A DNA stretch of 26,984 nt from a virus (taxonomy: Duplodnaviria; Caudoviricetes): positions 1 through 26,984 of IMG/VR virus record IMGVR_UViG_3300027763_000202; one strand, written 5' to 3'. Of the stretch, positions 22,945-26,984 are shown in pieces. The translations under genes and the position numbers were made by a program. Within the stretch, counting starts at the first letter, position 1. Each line of letters opens with the position of its first letter. The notes under the pieces were generated by a model. That model ran no database searches. It was given only the letters and a program-made list of their open reading frames with translations, and was not told the DNA's origin.

Positions 22945-24012
22945 TCAATGCTCCACTAAGTAGCCGTCAGCATCGTAGAAATTACCGTTGCCGTCGTGAT
23001 ATTCAGCATCGACGGGAGCCATCCCGCCACTGGCCATCCGAATCCCTCGTTTGGTAATTGAGCCGCCTTCTTTTGCTCCTACTCTTTTATCTAGAAGCGG
23101 CATTTCTAACTTGGGTGTTGTGGTGCCTGTGTTTTTAGCATTCGCGGCCAATGCTTCGTAGTATGCTTTTTGTGCATCAGTTGCGCTGGTGTTGGGGAAC
23201 AGCGAAGCAAACATAGTACCCAAGCCAGCAATCTGAGACAGGGGACTGGCTGAATAAGATCCAGCATCAGGGCCAGTCACTTGCTTAGTTTCGCCCATCG
23301 GTTGCTGGTAGCCTTGCATCAGCTTTGCAAACTGCTGAGCCTGTGCCATAGGATTATCAAGCAACGCCTGACCCTGCTTTTGTTGCGCAGTCCCGTAATC
23401 GAACATGGTCTTCAGGCCACCCGTACCCAGTTGCTGCTGCTCCTGACCTAGCGTGGTGAATGCCTGACCAGATCGCATTGCACGTTCCAAATCAGTCTGC
23501 GCCTGCGTGCCAGCGTCCGTGTAACCCTTTTGCAGAAACTGCCCCTGCCTGCCCGTCAAGTCGGCCTGCATATCGCGCAACGTGTTGCCGGTGATCTGTT
23601 GCTGGCGGCGCGATCCAAACTGGCCCGAACCCACAGCAGCACCACCCAACGCAGGCATGACATTCTCGCGGATGTTTCTGTTTTGCAGGCGACCCATCTC
23701 ATCCACGACACTGGATGTGTAGGGGTTCATGTAGTCGCCAATGACGTCAGGAACGGTTGTAGAGCCTGCCTGACCTAGTAAGTTGGACGCTGCACCCAGA
23801 CTGCCCTGACCCGCAAACGCAACGTCTGGGGCCATCTGGAACGCCTGCTGTTGCAGGGGACTGAAGCCTGCCACCCCGCCCTGCTGGACAGCGTTCTGAC
23901 CTAAATTGGCAACGTCTTGCAGGTAGTTCGTGTAAAACTCTGGAGCCGTCTGTTGCGACTCCGTTGTCTTTGTAACCGCAGGCAGCGGGTCGCCTTGAAA
24001 TAGTGAGGCCAT
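22945..24012 (-). CDS. Putative DNA pilot/ejection protein, 355 aa
   Basis: Q/G/A-rich; VAGFSPLQQQAF, YMNPY...VVD, GQFGSRR, SPLSQIAGLG patterns seen in podovirus internal proteins. Confidence 0.7.
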   Translation of the reverse strand: MASLFQGDPLPAVTKTTESQQTAPEFYTNYLQDVANLGQNAVQQGGVAGFSPLQQQAFQMAPDVAFAGQGSLGAASNLLGQAGSTTVPDVIGDYMNPYTSSVVDEMGRLQNRNIRENVMPALGGAAVGSGQFGSRRQQQITGNTLRDMQADLTGRQGQFLQKGYTDAGTQAQTDLERAMRSGQAFTTLGQEQQQLGTGGLKTMFDYGTAQQKQGQALLDNPMAQAQQFAKLMQGYQQPMGETKQVTGPDAGSYSASPLSQIAGLGTMFASLFPNTSATDAQKAYYEALAANAKNTGTTTPKLEMPLLDKRVGAKEGGSITKRGIRMASGGMAPVDAEYHDGNGNFYDADGYLVEH

Positions 24013-24014
24013 TA

Positions 24015-26111
24015 TTACGCTCCCTTAAGGTATGAGGTCAACGCCTTGGTTTTGGGGGGTATTTTATCAATTGGCGCACCGCGCTTGTGGGCACGGATAT
24101 TCTCTCGGAATTTGTTCAGCGCCTTGGCTCCAGCCTTGGTCGAGCCATTCCCGATCTGCGCTACCGTCTCCGCATCAATTACATACTCGCCGTCCGCCAG
24201 CATCGCGGGAATATCATCCGACTGCCCGTCACCCTCCCCATGCACGGACGCGCCGCCACGGTAGTCCACTCGGCCCTCTACCATCGGCAGGCTAGAAAGA
24301 CCGCCCCGACGCATTCCGCCTTGGCGCTGCGGCATGGGGGATCCTTGCGGGGGATTCTGGGGCATCATTTGCTGTTGGTCTACAGCCGCCGCAACGGGCG
24401 CAGGGCGCAGCCCAAGGGTCGAGTATGGGTCAACGGGCGTGCCGAACGTGTAGTGCGTCTGGGTGGCCTGTGGGGCCATTGCAGACAGCCCCCCTGCCGC
24501 CATAGGCTTAACAGGCTCCGCGTTCCCGTAGTCACCCTCGTTCACCGGGTTATAGCCGGGAGCGTTCAGGTTCCGCAGCAACTCCTCGTTGGGGACATAG
24601 CCTTGGTCTGGCGCGACCCCGTAGTCTTCATACCCAACGTATTTGGCTGGCCCGATCCCAAAGTCCGTAGTGCGCGGGTTGATGACCCCCACCTTAGACA
24701 TATCAAGACCTTGGTTTTGCCCCCCTGAACTGGAGCCTGAACCCAATATTGACGCCAACAAAGCGCCAGCACCTGCCGCCCCAACGGGGGAGCCTAATGC
24801 AGTTTTGATTGTGTTTAGAATTCCTGTATCAACAACAGGTTTAGTTGGGGGGGGCGCAGAGCCTCCGGGTTTGGTTCCCCTTCCGTCCGCATTAATCGTT
24901 CGTTCGTCATCGTAGTATGGGTAATACCCGTCGTTAGGTACGGCATCCCCCGCCTCAATTGACCTACCCTCCCCCGAATCGATTAAGTTACCGTCGGGAT
25001 CATACGTCTCAAATGATCCGTCATCATAAAAAAGTACGCGGTTTCCATTTTCATCGTCCTCAGAGTAGTAAGCACCACCCCCACCCGCGTAATTCGCAAC
25101 GCCGCCATGCTTCATCATAGTAATTAAACCCCCTCGCTTTGCTGTTTCATCTTCAGCATAGTCATAATTGTCTGCGACGTCGTATTTACCTTCGTCCACA
25201 ACATCGGAATTATCAACAAAACTTTCTCCGCTTTTCGTCGTCCACGTTTTCCCATCTTCAGCCAAATTCCAAACTTCGTCAGTGTTTGGGTCAATAAAGG
25301 TGGTTTCTTCATTTGACGGCCCCTCGCTACTAGAATACAAGGTGTATCCGCCGTCAGCATTTGCCGTCCAGACGTTCCCCATTACGTCTTCCATGAGTTG
25401 CGGCTCTGTTGCCGCGCTGGCAACAACTGCTGGGGTTATGACTGGCTTGCTATCTAATTTATTCGTTGGCAATTTACGATAATAGCCTCCATCCTCATTG
25501 TTTTCTGCCCAACCCTCTTTCAAATTTCCCCTCTCGTCAAAAGGCTCGTTGTCATCATAGATAACGCTTGTTACTGGCTCATCCGTTTTTGCTACAACAA
25601 CGGGGGGCGGCTTGGCTACGCCAGCAGATGGCTCACCAGCTTTTGGTTTTTCAGCGGGTTTTCCAATATTGGGTTTTGCAACTGGCTTGCCAAAAAGTTT
25701 ATTGATCAGCGCACCTGTCCCAGCGCCTATCAGAGCGTTAGCGCCAGTATTGATTAGCTTGCTAGTCACGCTATTAGACCCAGACGACCCAGCTTTATTA
25801 AGGATCGATTTTGTGGCCGTGTTGCTGGGCATTGTTATCTTTGCGCCAGACGTTATTGGCGATATCACTGGACGATTTGCAACAGGCTTGTTCGTGCCCG
25901 ACGTTGTTATTGACGACAGCGCGGGCCGATTCGCAACAGGCGCGTTTGTCCCAGACGTTGTAATGGTTCTTGGCAAAGTAGTTTTTGCCGAAATTAAAGG
26001 GCTGGTTGCCAGCGATGTCCTTGGCTTCGGCTGAATAACGCTATTCAACGGCGCACGTTGCCCCGCACTTGGAAGGCGTTTAGATGATGTGCGTTTTTGA
26101 AGAATAGCCAT
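24015..26111 (-). CDS. Large low-complexity putative internal virion protein, 698 aa
   Basis: Basic N-terminus, acidic centre, five xxxGG motifs, C-terminal GEGDGQSDDIPAMLADGEYVIDAETV..IGNG...GAKAL domain. Confidence 0.7.
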   Translation of the reverse strand: MAILQKRTSSKRLPSAGQRAPLNSVIQPKPRTSLATSPLISAKTTLPRTITTSGTNAPVANRPALSSITTSGTNKPVANRPVISPITSGAKITMPSNTATKSILNKAGSSGSNSVTSKLINTGANALIGAGTGALINKLFGKPVAKPNIGKPAEKPKAGEPSAGVAKPPPVVVAKTDEPVTSVIYDDNEPFDERGNLKEGWAENNEDGGYYRKLPTNKLDSKPVITPAVVASAATEPQLMEDVMGNVWTANADGGYTLYSSSEGPSNEETTFIDPNTDEVWNLAEDGKTWTTKSGESFVDNSDVVDEGKYDVADNYDYAEDETAKRGGLITMMKHGGVANYAGGGGAYYSEDDENGNRVLFYDDGSFETYDPDGNLIDSGEGRSIEAGDAVPNDGYYPYYDDERTINADGRGTKPGGSAPPPTKPVVDTGILNTIKTALGSPVGAAGAGALLASILGSGSSSGGQNQGLDMSKVGVINPRTTDFGIGPAKYVGYEDYGVAPDQGYVPNEELLRNLNAPGYNPVNEGDYGNAEPVKPMAAGGLSAMAPQATQTHYTFGTPVDPYSTLGLRPAPVAAAVDQQQMMPQNPPQGSPMPQRQGGMRRGGLSSLPMVEGRVDYRGGASVHGEGDGQSDDIPAMLADGEYVIDAETVAQIGNGSTKAGAKALNKFRENIRAHKRGAPIDKIPPKTKALTSYLKGA
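25845..25964 (-). repeat. 54-nt in-frame tandem repeat (~2.2 copies)
   Basis: ITTSGTNAPVANRPALSS / ITTSGTNKPVANRPVISP / ITSG. Confidence 0.85.
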
Positions 26112-26114
26112 GCT

Positions 26115-26984
26115 CTACCCCGACTTTTTTAGGAGTGACGTCAGACCGCTGATTCCTGTATATGGCTTTAATTTGCCTACAGGCGCAGTAGGTTTAACTG
26201 GTGCTTTTGAAACGCGAATTAATTTTGATACATCCACCCTTGGAGGCAACGAAATTGGGCTTCTTGCTTTTACCCCGCCAGAGGGTTTGTTCAACGATCC
26301 AATTAGGTTGCTTTTAATAAGGCCAGATGCGACTCCTGCTGGCAATATATTTTTTACGACATTCAAGCCACCGATAGTTTCATCTTCTTTGGCAGGAGGC
26401 TCAACAATAGCGGACTCTTGGAAAGGCACAGAAGTGTCTTCAGGAGTCTCCACTTTGGGAATCCTGTCCAATAAACCAGAGCCATAATCAACCGCCGCAT
26501 TGACGCCCTCGTTTATTCCAAGATTCATCAATCCTGTTGACGGGTCTCTGCCTTGAATTGCACTATTTGTAACATTCGATGCAACCTTGCCTAGCAGGTT
26601 GGAGCCAGTCTCACCGGCAATGCCACTGCCAACAAGATTGCTAAGTTCTCCTCCCGCCAAGTTTTCTAGGTTAACGTCGCCAGTGGTCGCTAGTTGTAGT
26701 GCCGCTTTGGAAGCTAATGCGGGCACCCTTTGAACAATTTCAGAAGGGATTCCCGCCTCTTTAAGGGTTTCCATAACAGGATTTAAGATTGAAGATTTTG
26801 CAGAACTTAATCCATCAGAAACATTCGATGCAAAATCTTTTACCGATTGCAATGGAGACGGGGTTTCCGCAACTGGAGGGGTTACCCCCGGCTCTGGAGA
26901 CGTAGGGATCTGAGTTTCCAACGGAGAAGGAGTTGCAACTCCCGGCTCTACAAAACTTTGATAATCTCCATACGAAGTTCCCGG
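26115..26984 (-). CDS. Putative internal virion protein, 5'-truncated by window edge
   Basis: The frame is open from base 26984, so the TTG at 26921 is probably not the true start; P/S/G-rich with a basic C-terminal tail. Confidence 0.7.
   Translation of the reverse strand, partial: PGTSYGDYQSFVEPGVATPSPLETQIPTSPEPGVTPPVAETPSPLQSVKDFASNVSDGLSSAKSSILNPVMETLKEAGIPSEIVQRVPALASKAALQLATTGDVNLENLAGGELSNLVGSGIAGETGSNLLGKVASNVTNSAIQGRDPSTGLMNLGINEGVNAAVDYGSGLLDRIPKVETPEDTSVPFQESAIVEPPAKEDETIGGLNVVKNILPAGVASGLIKSNLIGSLNKPSGGVKARSPISLPPRVDVSKLIRVSKAPVKPTAPVGKLKPYTGISGLTSLLKKSG

Overview
A ~27 kb fragment of a tailed dsDNA phage (Caudoviricetes). It is probably podovirus-like and infects a proteobacterium (both inferences). 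No integrase or CI repressor is present in the window. From left to right: (1) a >=678-aa minus-strand ORF (1-2035) that the ORF track missed because it runs off the edge; it is a modular, polyvalent-type protein with an ADP-ribosyltransferase (ART-PolyVal-like) domain and lies directly downstream of terL and terS; (2) a ~9 kb minus-strand accessory region of small genes, punctuated by two families of repeated sigma70-like promoter cassettes and a 103-nt tRNA-like element; (3) a recombination/replication block with a Ref-like nuclease, RusA, an SF4 helicase, a stand-alone primase-type Zn-binding domain, a YdaU/DUF1376 initiator with an internal origin, and a Cro-like HTH; (4) a divergent operon with an SSB-like protein, an inserted HNH gene and a PD-(D/E)XK nuclease; (5) the 3' end of a convergent late operon of large, low-complexity internal-virion/ejection proteins ending in a lytic transglycosylase fusion. 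The most notable signal is a short x-[AKR]-x-G-G-(mostly hydrophobic) motif found about 11 times in four large late proteins. It sits at module boundaries and brackets the ART domain, suggesting a di-glycine-tagged cargo loading or polyprotein processing system. Other notable signals are the tRNA-like RNA with a G3-U70 pair, a structured terS leader, and a recurring AGCGAA box at start codons. All family assignments come from motif recognition by eye; no database searches were run.
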